From contig NC_005070.1 of assembly GCF_000195975.1 (NCBI RefSeq), forward strand, positions 1,590,001 through 1,622,000: 32,000 nucleotides of DNA, read 5' to 3'. Position numbers and translations under genes: made by a program. The notes beneath the pieces are model-generated. The model was not told the origin of the DNA, did no database searches, and saw nothing but the letters and a program-made list of their open reading frames with translations. Of this stretch, positions 1-6,555 are shown one piece after another (within the stretch, counting starts at the first letter, position 1; every line of letters begins with the position of its first letter). Source of the DNA: Parasynechococcus marenigrum WH 8102. GTDB lineage: Bacteria; Cyanobacteriota; Cyanobacteriia; PCC-6307; Cyanobiaceae.

Positions 1-229
1 TGCGCTTGATGCCCCGTCCCATGCGGCTCTGCTGACGGATCAGCGTCCCGGCTGGCAACAGCGAGGGAGGCGCTGAGATCACTGCCAGATGCGGCTTGTA
101 GGCGCTTCGACCGATGGCCAGCCCGGCAGCCTGTCGCAAGGAAGGGCGGGAGGCCGTGGCCAAAGGCTCATCTTGCGTCTCGGCATACTCAACGTCACAG
201 CTGCAGGGCTGACATCCCAGCAGGGTCAC
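1..229 (-). CDS. Possible 5' portion of a CDS running off the left window edge (product unknown)
   Basis: The minus-strand frame stays open from a GTG at 229 (overlapping the 3' end of the glycosyltransferase gene) to position 1. Translation: TLLGCQPCSCDVEYAETQDEPLATASRPSLRQAAGLAIGRSAYKPHLAVISAPPSLLPAGTLIRQQSRMGRGIKR. Third codon positions are mostly G/C, as in neighbouring core genes. Start and product are not established. Confidence 0.3.
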   Translation of the reverse strand, partial: MTLLGCQPCSCDVEYAETQDEPLATASRPSLRQAAGLAIGRSAYKPHLAVISAPPSLLPAGTLIRQQSRMGRGIKR

Positions 230-1424
230 TCGCTGCAACGGCACAGCGGCTCTGATGGGCGGTCCAGGCCTGCCGGAGGGTTGCCTCAAACCGGGCCTTG
301 AAGGCTTCAGGTCGGAACCGCTCGGCCCACTGCCGGATCTCAGCGGCATCCAGCTGCCGCCAGATCCGCTTCTGTTCGAACCAGCTCACCGCCTCCACCA
401 GCGACCCGACGCTCTGATGAGGGAACAGCACACCCGTGGCCTGATCGAGACCAGTTGTGGCGCAGCGCACTGTGTCCAGCAGGCCACCACGGCCGAGTCC
501 AATCACCGGGGCTCCAGCTGCCATCGCCTCAACCGGGGCGATACCGAAATCCTCCAGACCCGCATACACAAACGCCCGACAGGAGGACATCAGCGCTTCC
601 ACCTGCTCTTGGCTTTGGCGCCCCAACAAGGTGACCGTGGAACCGGCCAAGGCTTCCAGCCGCCGTCGCTCGGGGCCGTCACCCACCACCACCAACGGCA
701 GACCCAGGCGATTGAAGGCTTCCACCACCAGATCCACCCGCTTGTACGGCACCAGGCGGCAGAGGCAGAGATAGATGTCGTCGCGCGGCGCATCCCAGCG
801 GAAGCGCTCCACATCAACCGGTGGGTGCAATACCTGGGCCTGACGTCCCCAGAACTTCTGAATGCGCCGGGCGGTGAAGCGGGAATTTGCCAGCAGGTGA
901 TCGACCCTTTGGGCGCTGAGCTGGTCCCACTGGCGCAGGGCATGCAGCTGCCAGCGGATCAGAGGGCCGAACCCGCTCCGCGCCAACGCTGAACGGCTGA
1001 GGTAATCGTGCATCTGATCCCAGGCGTACCGCACAGGCGTATGCACATAGCTGAGATGCAGCTGATCCGGAGCCGTCAGCACCCCTTTGGCCACAAGATG
1101 ACTGCTGCTGATCACCAGCTCGGCACCACCTAGGTCGATCTGCTCAATCGCCAGGGGCAGCAGCGGCAGATATTGCTGAACGTGGCTGATGCCCCAGGGC
1201 AACTGCTGGATCGGGCTGGTGCGGATGTTGCGCCCTGACAGCCAGCTGCCCGACCGTGATGACTCCCCATCAACCAGCGCCGCCAGTTGCGGCGTGCGAT
1301 CTAGCCCGCACAACAAAGCATCGATCGCCTGCACCACCAGCTCAGCCCCGCCTGTGGATCGCGGTGTAAACCATTCGTGGGCCAGGGCGATGCGCTGGGG
1401 CAGATCCTCCTTTGCTGGAGCCAT
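195..1424 (-). CDS. Glycosyltransferase, GT-B fold, family 4 (group 1)
   Basis: This is the 417-aa ORF 195..1448; the likely ATG is at 1424 (MAPAKEDLPQRIALAHEW...). The N-terminus IALAHEWFTPRSTGGAELVV is typical. The C-terminal E-x7-E motif is present (FVYAGLEDFGIAPVEAMAAGAPVIG). Confidence 0.85.
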   Translation of the reverse strand: MAPAKEDLPQRIALAHEWFTPRSTGGAELVVQAIDALLCGLDRTPQLAALVDGESSRSGSWLSGRNIRTSPIQQLPWGISHVQQYLPLLPLAIEQIDLGGAELVISSSHLVAKGVLTAPDQLHLSYVHTPVRYAWDQMHDYLSRSALARSGFGPLIRWQLHALRQWDQLSAQRVDHLLANSRFTARRIQKFWGRQAQVLHPPVDVERFRWDAPRDDIYLCLCRLVPYKRVDLVVEAFNRLGLPLVVVGDGPERRRLEALAGSTVTLLGRQSQEQVEALMSSCRAFVYAGLEDFGIAPVEAMAAGAPVIGLGRGGLLDTVRCATTGLDQATGVLFPHQSVGSLVEAVSWFEQKRIWRQLDAAEIRQWAERFRPEAFKARFEATLRQAWTAHQSRCAVAASDPAGMSALQL

Positions 1425-1500
1425 CGCGCCACTCACCCCCGAACGCAACGAAGTCTCTCAGCCCGTTGCAGGCTCAGCCGCACCTGACGATGCTGGCGTT

Positions 1501-1758
1501 ATGTCGAGCACGAACCTCACTATCAACGGCCTTCTCGAAGAAGCGTTGACTGAACCAGATATCGGAACAACATCCAAGTTCCGATGGCATGCCACAGCTG
1601 TGGGCATTGCAGCCCTGCTCGTTGATGCCGAATCAGCACAGAGTCCGCCCTTTGATGAGGCCCTTAAGGAGGGTTTGCAGGTGGGACTAGACCTCAGCAG
1701 AGAGGAACGTGAATTTCATCAGGTCAAGCAAGGCTTGGTTTTACTCTTCCACTCGTAG
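1501..1758 (+). CDS. Hypothetical protein (85 aa)
   Basis: An ATG at 1501 inside track ORF 1189..1758 begins MSSTNLTINGLLEEALTEPDIG... The upstream part of that ORF is antisense to the glycosyltransferase and is discarded. This is the last ORF before the drop in GC. No recognisable family. Confidence 0.4.
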   Translation: MSSTNLTINGLLEEALTEPDIGTTSKFRWHATAVGIAALLVDAESAQSPPFDEALKEGLQVGLDLSREEREFHQVKQGLVLLFHS

Positions 1759-2314
1759 TGGATCAACGCTTGCGCACTTAAATCTCAGCAAAGGTTGACA
1801 GCCAATTCGTCGACCGATCACCAGGCCTATCGTCGAGCAAATCTCGAACCTGGAGAATCAAGAAGCCTGCAATTGAGCTTCCCTGAACAAACAGTAAACT
1901 CCGGGAATAATCGAGAATATGACCTGCAGACCCAAAAACCCAAGACCTTAAAGCTAACACCTCAATATTAATACGATCAAAAACTCAATATTTGTAATTG
2001 TTTCATGAATACCTTTTAATAATTAATGCAAGCATCGAGCGAACACGACGCGGACCCGAAGGCAAAAACTCTTTAACCTTCAAAAGCTTTCTTCAAAAGA
2101 ACGACCTTGCTGCTTTGAACAACAACGATCATGCAACACGTCTTCAGTCGGATTGCACTGGAACAAACAAACTGAATCCAATAGTCAATCAGGAATCAAT
2201 CAATTCTACTTCGCTTTTTTGGAGCAAGAAAAATGCCCAGCGCCAAGCCAACAAGACTGCTAGCTTAAGTCAATTGATACCGACTCAAGGCAATCCCTAC
2301 CTTGAAGCAATAAA

Positions 2315-3340
2315 ATGACAACATACAAAAGATACCAAACACCTTTGACCCAAATACCAGAGGATGAACTGAAGCTCGTCGCGCAATTCATTCGATCAGA
2401 ATTCCAGAGCTACCCTTCAGACAATGCGCGAATCAAAGCCTACGAAAAAGCTGGTTACTCTGTCATAAGCAATCCAGAATCGGATATCATTGTCGACTTA
2501 ATCATCGACGCACTGGAAGAACAAAAACCTTTTTCAGTGGTGCGCATCGGTGACGGGGAAGGAAACTTAATGACCTATCTTAAATATCCAAATACACCGG
2601 TACTCGACCAATACGTAGCTCGAGCCATCATAACAATGCAAGAGGACTCATTCGAGGCAAGCAAGTTATCGCTGTTACTCATTCGAGACCTAATGAATGC
2701 ATCCGCCAGGCAAGCAGATATCTTGGGCGTACGAGGCATATGGGGCGCCTACAGGTCAAGAGACGACGAACGTCACAAATCCTTCGACGATTGCATGACT
2801 CTACTTAAAGAGGAGGTTCGAGGAAAATCAGGACTTTTTCGAGCAACTCATTATACATTAAATCTCTGCCAACGGGGTGATGTTCGAGGCGCAACAGTGG
2901 CCTCAGCCCACCTTTATATAGCGGTTCTTAGACAATTATCCAAGTTGGTCGAGTCGAGCAAAGCAATCTTGCTCATCACAAGCCACAAGGAATGCGCCGA
3001 CATCTTCAAAGAACGATGGCCACATAAGCCGATACATTTGATTCTTGTCGGCAACAACAGCAAGAACCAGACCAAGCCACCTAAACAGCCAAAATTCTTA
3101 CTTCGCTTATACAAAAACCTACCTTGCGACTTACAAGGAACTCTATGCCTTGTCGGGAGTGGGCCCTGGTCAGAAATTTACTGCTCCTACGTGAAGGAAC
3201 GTGGTGGAGTTGCCGTAGACATCGGAAGTGGATTCGACATCATTCGTGGTGCATCGACGAGACCAATTCATAATCATATACAAAAAAACTATCCAGACGC
3301 GCTCCCTCCAGACATCACCAGAGAACAATGCAGTTATTGA
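2315..3340 (+). CDS. Hypothetical protein, possibly a GT-D-type (DUF1792-like) glycosyltransferase
   Basis: 341-aa ORF in AT-rich DNA. It has an R-x-GDGE motif (SVVRIGDGEGNLM) and a C-terminal G-x-GP...DIGS block (LCLVGSGPWSEIYCSYVKERGGVAVDIGSGFD). I recall the same two motifs in the same order from GT-D/DUF1792 proteins. Recognition is by eye only. Confidence 0.6.
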   Translation: MTTYKRYQTPLTQIPEDELKLVAQFIRSEFQSYPSDNARIKAYEKAGYSVISNPESDIIVDLIIDALEEQKPFSVVRIGDGEGNLMTYLKYPNTPVLDQYVARAIITMQEDSFEASKLSLLLIRDLMNASARQADILGVRGIWGAYRSRDDERHKSFDDCMTLLKEEVRGKSGLFRATHYTLNLCQRGDVRGATVASAHLYIAVLRQLSKLVESSKAILLITSHKECADIFKERWPHKPIHLILVGNNSKNQTKPPKQPKFLLRLYKNLPCDLQGTLCLVGSGPWSEIYCSYVKERGGVAVDIGSGFDIIRGASTRPIHNHIQKNYPDALPPDITREQCSY

Positions 3341-3544
3341 GCAGCAATTAATCAACATCAAGTCCTTCAATCAGTGCCTGAGTGAACGCCCTTCACCCTG
3401 TACAAACAAGGTCGACCATATGAGCCAAGTCTCCTTAAACGAAACGACCTCAATTCCTCTTCAATCCCCCGCATACAGGCAACCGGATCGCTCCATGGCC
3501 CCTTGTTACTCAGGGCGGTCATCGGCGTTATTCGAGTCTTCTCA

Positions 3545-3652
3545 TCAAAGGTGTGGAAGCAGCACCAGCCGACAAAGAGCAGCAATGGCAAGCAGGCCAA
3601 TCAAGGTCGCGATTCGATTTCTCTGCTTGATCTGAAGGTTTTTTTGATTCAC
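3545..3652 (-). CDS. Small predicted membrane peptide B (35 aa), paralogue of peptide A
   Basis: Below the track's size cutoff. Its GTG at 3652-3650 overlaps the TGA of peptide A (GTGA). Translation: (M)NQKNLQIKQRNRIATLIGLLAIAALCRLVLLPHL. It shares 17 of 27 positions with SNLQRKQRNRLLLLLTLLAIAGLCRFS. Confidence 0.4.
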   Translation of the reverse strand: MNQKNLQIKQRNRIATLIGLLAIAALCRLVLLPHL

Positions 3653-3840
3653 GGGTTCCTGGGATTAGTGGCTTGACACGAAGCGCTGAACCACCCTCCC
3701 CTGATGGCTTCTAGAGCGCTACAGCACAATCGTCCAGCTGATGGGGAAAAGCGGCAGAGGCCAGCAATCGCTAGCAACGTCAGCAGAAGCAGTAAGCGAT
3801 TCCGTTGTTTGCGTTGAAGGTTGGACGTGAGCCCCTTCAT
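3649..3840 (-). CDS. Small predicted membrane peptide A (63 aa)
   Basis: Track ORF with a basic stretch followed by a hydrophobic helix (SNLQRKQRNRLLLLLTLLAIAGLCRFS). A paralogous copy lies immediately downstream. Confidence 0.45.
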   Translation of the reverse strand: MKGLTSNLQRKQRNRLLLLLTLLAIAGLCRFSPSAGRLCCSALEAIRGGWFSASCQATNPRNP

Positions 3841-4069
3841 GCATCCGATCTAGGTACCTGAATTATGAAAGACCCTGGCGCAAAGCGGATCGACCGGATC
3901 CCTCACACCAGCTTTCCCAGATCACGAAGCGAACTGCGAAACACGCGTTCTGGGCTCTAACTATCCCCTCGAACCTCATTTGTGACTGCTTACTCCAGAC
4001 AAGCCTGAGTGACCTGGAAAACGAAACTTCGGCCGTTACGAAGCTTGTTCAACGTTCAGAGCGGAATAA

Positions 4070-4083
4070 GAACGGAGAGGGTG
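4070..4083. repeat. att core copy 1 (GAACGGAGAGGGTG), distal end of element B
   Basis: Exact 14-mer, identical to 10930-10943 and 16980-16993 and in the same orientation. It contains the complement of the last 11 nt of the tRNA-Ser gene plus 3 flanking nt. Confidence 0.7.
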
Positions 4084-4110
4084 TCAGTCGATTTCACCCA
4101 ATATGGGCAG

Positions 4111-4174
4111 TCGTGGGAGGACCTGGGACGTTTAAATCCAAATCGCCTCAAATTCCTATACCTTTTCCTATACC
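4111..4174. promoter_or_regulatory. Candidate arm-type integrase/accessory binding sites, distal arm of element B
   Basis: TCGTGGGA at 4111-4118. TTCCTATACC at 4153-4162 and 4165-4174. The same motifs recur just upstream of int-B (10756-10915) in the same orientation. Confidence 0.5.
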
Positions 4175-4325
4175 ACGGAGAAGGTCGTAGAGAATCCGCT
4201 TAAACACTGTCATACCGATGGATCTGAGGATTCAAGACTCAGAAGCAGGGTCGTATGGATTCAATTTTCAGGGACATCAACTGCCTCCTGATGCTCCATG
4301 CGCGCTTTGCCCCCACAAAACAGTC

Positions 4326-4533
4326 CACGAGGGCAAATGCTCTACACGATTTCAAGTCACGTGCGATCGCGTGTCGTGCTCCAAAACCAAGTCAGGGACT
4401 GAGAAATTTCACGAGCACCCATCAGGTACGACTTCGAGTCGTGGCATCTCACGACGAAAAACGGGCAACACGATTTCGCGTCGAGCGCAATCACGAGGGA
4501 ATCACCCCAAGACGATTTCACGTCGAGCGCAAT
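4326..4533 (-). repeat. Tandem array of five 40-43 bp units derived from an internal segment of a tRNA-Ser gene
   Basis: Units on the plus strand: 4326-4368, 4369-4409, 4410-4449, 4450-4491, 4492-4533. Read on the minus strand, unit 5 is ATTGCGCTCGACGTGAAATCGTCTTGGGGTGATTCCCTCGTG. Unit 4 is ATTGCGCTCGACGCGAAATCGTGTTGCCCGTTTTTCGTCGTG. The matching tRNA-Ser segment (D-loop to start of T-stem) is ATTGCGCACGACTCGAAATCGTGTAGGGGTCAAACCCTCGTG, also 42 nt. Confidence 0.7.
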
Positions 4534-4779
4534 CAAGTCGGGGCGACGCGGGACCCAGCAGAGGTTCGTGTTGATACAAAGATAAGTAAGCACAAATACT
4601 TACCAGACCTTGCGGATGGCGTTAGAACGAGGTCGGTCAAAGTCATGAGACCTCCTGAACCATGGGATCGAACACCCATGGTTTTTTCCTGAACTGCTAA
4701 CGAAACCCACCGCACCCAGGACGTTTGCCGAATACTTGACCCACATCCGAACTTTGGTCGGTGAAGGGGTGAGAGTGAC

Positions 4780-4809
4780 CTGAGGCGGTTTAGGGATACT
4801 CCGCCTCAG
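4780..4809. other. Perfect 9-bp stem hairpin with a 12-nt loop, just downstream of the mini-ORF 4820-4990
   Basis: CTGAGGCGG (4780-4788) pairs with CCGCCTCAG (4801-4809). The plus-strand loop is TTTAGGGATACT. There is no U-tract, so it is not a canonical intrinsic terminator. Confidence 0.6.
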
Positions 4810-4819
4810 ATCCTCATGG

Positions 4820-4990
4820 TCACTTGTCCAGAGCAGGTCCTCTGGCGAACTCGGAGTACAACGCTGCTGCTTCGTCAGAAAGACCACCGTCCCAAAGGGT
4901 TTGTGCTCTTTCCTGCATCCAGACCCCTGCCTCACTCCAGAGTTCCCGCTTGAGGGTTTCTTGGAGGTGCTTGGTGTCCTTGGAAGGCAT
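4820..4990 (-). CDS. Mini-protein P1 (56 aa), unknown function
   Basis: Below the track's size cutoff. ATG at 4990, TGA at 4822-4820. Translation: MPSKDTKHLQETLKRELWSEAGVWMQERAQTLWDGGLSDEAAALYSEFARGPALDK. It shows a clear preference for C-ending codons (tcc, gac, acc, cac, ctc, tac, ttc, gcc), unlike the overlapping 142-aa track ORF. A hairpin follows the stop. Confidence 0.5.
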   Translation of the reverse strand: MPSKDTKHLQETLKRELWSEAGVWMQERAQTLWDGGLSDEAAALYSEFARGPALDK

Positions 4991-5108
4991 GGCGGGGTTC
5001 CCTTTTTCAGGTTGTAGGGACCCGCCACCTGATCGTCGGCAGCAATTCTTACTGGTTAAGGGGACTTTCCGATTTGGAATTCAGGCAGCAGAACCCTGAC
5101 GAGTAGGC

Positions 5109-5136
5109 ATAAAAAAGGCGGCAGGGAATGCCGCCT
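5109..5136 (-). terminator. Rho-independent terminator (minus strand)
   Basis: 8-bp stem AGGCGGCA (5116-5123) / TGCCGCCT (5129-5136) with a 5-nt loop. On the minus strand it is followed by TTTTTTAT. Confidence 0.6.
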
Positions 5137-5237
5137 GTCAAAAGGGGACTGATGCGTCGAAAGTGCTGGCGTGGCATCCAGCAGTACAACCCTCTCTTAA
5201 GGAAATGAGGTGCCGTGGGTCGCGTTTACGAACTGCC

Positions 5238-5264
5238 AAAAAAAAGAGGGGTCCCACCCCCTCT
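5238..5264 (-). terminator. Rho-independent terminator (minus strand)
   Basis: 7-bp stem AGAGGGG (5245-5251) / CCCCTCT (5258-5264) with a 6-nt loop. On the minus strand it is followed by a run of T (complement of the A run at 5238-5244). Confidence 0.6.
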
Positions 5265-5797
5265 CTGATTCGACGCATTGCTCCCCTCACCAAAAGGAAG
5301 CAACTCAAATATGGTGCTAGAGGTTTATGTCTAAGGTCGCAAAAACTACCAACCATCGCTGATGTCAGCGACTCAAGAAGAAAAGGGTTTCCTACTGACT
5401 CCTCTATGTTTCATTCATCTCCTAGTTGAAAGGGTTGACTGCTGAACTTCTGTTCGCGCCGTTGCGAACCCCAACGCCATCAGTAGAAACGCGCATTAAT
5501 GACCACAAGTGCGGACCGCTACGCCAACCCTGGTTTGTCCAGTGGCATGACAGAAATGTTCCCCCTTGCTGCCCCTTATGGAGTTCGCTCTTTTTGCGTT
5601 GTTCACCTGCTCCTTGGCATCAGTCATTGCGACGGTTTTTCGGGAGAGTTACTGATGAGGACACCTCCAGGACGCTTTGTTTGGGAGCAACGGTTTGCCA
5701 GCACGGTGCTCTGGTCGTTCTTTGCTGTGCTGGTCTTCAAGGTACTGGTGAATCGATAGAGGAGAAGACCTCAAAGGTTTATGCAGAGGATGGGCAC

Positions 5798-5828
5798 AAA
5801 AAAAGGAGCGGTATCCCTATCGCTCCTT
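5798..5828 (-). terminator. Rho-independent terminator (minus strand)
   Basis: 8-bp stem AAGGAGCG (5803-5810) / CGCTCCTT (5821-5828). The plus-strand loop is GTATCCCTAT. On the minus strand the stem is followed by TTTTTTTT. Confidence 0.6.
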
Positions 5829-5920
5829 CGGGAACTGAAGTGGTCGCCTGGGGCAAGGACACCAAGCGAACACCACCATCACCGACAGGTGGCGACTGAT
5901 GTGGATTGCTGTGAACGATT

Positions 5921-5958
5921 TCCAAGAAAAGACCCAGGAGTGTTCGACCTCCTGGGTC
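5921..5958 (-). terminator. Rho-independent terminator (minus strand)
   Basis: Perfect 10-bp stem GACCCAGGAG (5931-5940) / CTCCTGGGTC (5949-5958) with an 8-nt loop. On the minus strand it is followed by TTTTCTTGG. Confidence 0.55.
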
Positions 5959-6029
5959 CGCCGTTCTCATGTGACAAAACTGGTCTAACCCGCTTTTTGG
6001 GTAAATGTGCTTACTGGTTGCCGAACATT

Positions 6030-6164
6030 TCAGGATTCAGCAGCATCACCCCAGAGAGGGTCTGTCTTGCGCCACCCCTCTGTCTGAAGGGATCCCCATA
6101 ACTGCTCCGCTGCCTCCCTCCGAAGGTGGCGTCGCTCTTTCAAAAGAGGAGGTCCGTCGGGCAT
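6030..6164 (-). CDS. Candidate mini-protein P2 (44 aa)
   Basis: Below the track's size cutoff. ATG at 6164, preceded by GAGG about 8 nt upstream. Translation: MPDGPPLLKERRHLRREAAEQLWGSLQTEGWRKTDPLWGDAAES. It lies between the HsdR-fragment gene and the terminator at 5921-5958. Evidence is weak. Confidence 0.3.
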   Translation of the reverse strand: MPDGPPLLKERRHLRREAAEQLWGSLQTEGWRKTDPLWGDAAES

Positions 6165-6213
6165 CGCTCTGCCTCGGTCAATCAAGACCTTGGGGTCGTG
6201 GACCCAGGCACTC

Positions 6214-6555
6214 TCATGCCGCCTCCCCTATAAGGTCTTCGCCCAAGGTCTCTGCCTGTTGGAGCACAAGATCAATGGCGGTGACCTGCTGATCTGGCGG
6301 GTATTTGTATCGCTTGAGAAGCGTCTTGATCTTGAGGCGAAGTTTTGCCCTGACGTTCTCCTTGAACTGCCAATCAATGGTGGCGTCCTTTCGGAGCATC
6401 TCCGCCAGTTCCCTTGCCATGGTTGCCAGCACGTCTTCCTTCATCAGTTCCTGTGCTGACGGGTTGTCTGCCAAGGCGTCATAGAAGGACTGCTCAGCAT
6501 CAGTCAGACACAGGGCAACGCCACGCTCCAGTTCCTCTCGGAACTTCTTCGCCAT
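6214..6555 (-). CDS. Orphan type I restriction enzyme HsdR C-terminal domain (DUF3387-like), stand-alone fragment
   Basis: The 113-aa ORF matches the conserved end of HsdR proteins as I recall it: LTDAEQSFYDALADNPSAQELM...ELAEMLRKDATIDWQFKENVRAKLRLKIKTLLKRYKYPPDQQVTAIDLVLQQAE. The upstream frame closes within about 20 codons, so no helicase or nuclease part is present. No hsdM or hsdS is in the window. Confidence 0.7.
   Translation of the reverse strand: MAKKFREELERGVALCLTDAEQSFYDALADNPSAQELMKEDVLATMARELAEMLRKDATIDWQFKENVRAKLRLKIKTLLKRYKYPPDQQVTAIDLVLQQAETLGEDLIGEAA

Larger units (their letters stand above)
1760..4069. mobile_element. Integrase-less low-GC island segment (decayed older element or variable tRNA flank)
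   Basis: Composition changes visibly at about 1760, directly after the 85-aa ORF, and stays AT-richer up to the first copy of the 14-bp att core at 4070. No integrase and no recognisable left-end repeat were found. Confidence 0.4.

Noticed and set aside
255-992. Long plus-strand ORFs (255..992, 457..774) and a second minus-strand ORF (590..943) overlapping the glycosyltransferase gene
   Set aside because: These are typical shadow ORFs of GC-rich coding DNA. The translations are Arg/Pro/Gly/His-rich and motif-free, while the 195..1448 frame carries clear GT4 motifs.
1760-2000. A fourth att core or tRNA fragment marking the left end of the island
   Set aside because: I looked for GAACGGAGAGGGTG or tRNA-Ser-like sequence near the GC transition. 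I found only vague resemblance (TCGAACC within 1840-1860) with no supporting stem structure, so the left boundary remains defined by composition only.
1998-2318. 106-aa ORF upstream of the GT-D-like gene
   Set aside because: It starts at a non-ATG codon, contains no internal Met, and has a low-complexity Asn/Ser/Lys-rich translation in AT-rich DNA. It is more likely 5' untranslated or promoter region.
4326-4533. CRISPR array hypothesis for the ~42-bp periodic repeats
   Set aside because: The units abut directly with no unique spacers. The copies are diverged rather than near-identical. The unit is homologous to a tRNA segment, and no cas genes are present.
4218-4692. ORFs 4218..4574 (118 aa) and 4255..4692 (145 aa)
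   Set aside because: Their repetitive translations (for example RFRVERNHEGITPRRFHVERNQVG) only mirror the 42-bp tRNA-derived tandem repeat. There is no coding-like codon bias.
4600-5028. 142-aa minus-strand ORF
   Set aside because: The composition is poor and it runs through the 4780-4809 hairpin. The overlapping 56-codon frame (4820-4990) has a better start, codon bias and a downstream hairpin.
5426-5899. 157-aa plus-strand ORF, plus 5499..5759 and 5163..5429
   Set aside because: They cross the terminator hairpins, lack recognisable features and have Cys/Pro/Arg-rich odd composition. 5499..5759 has one hydrophobic tail and cannot be fully excluded, but it has no support.
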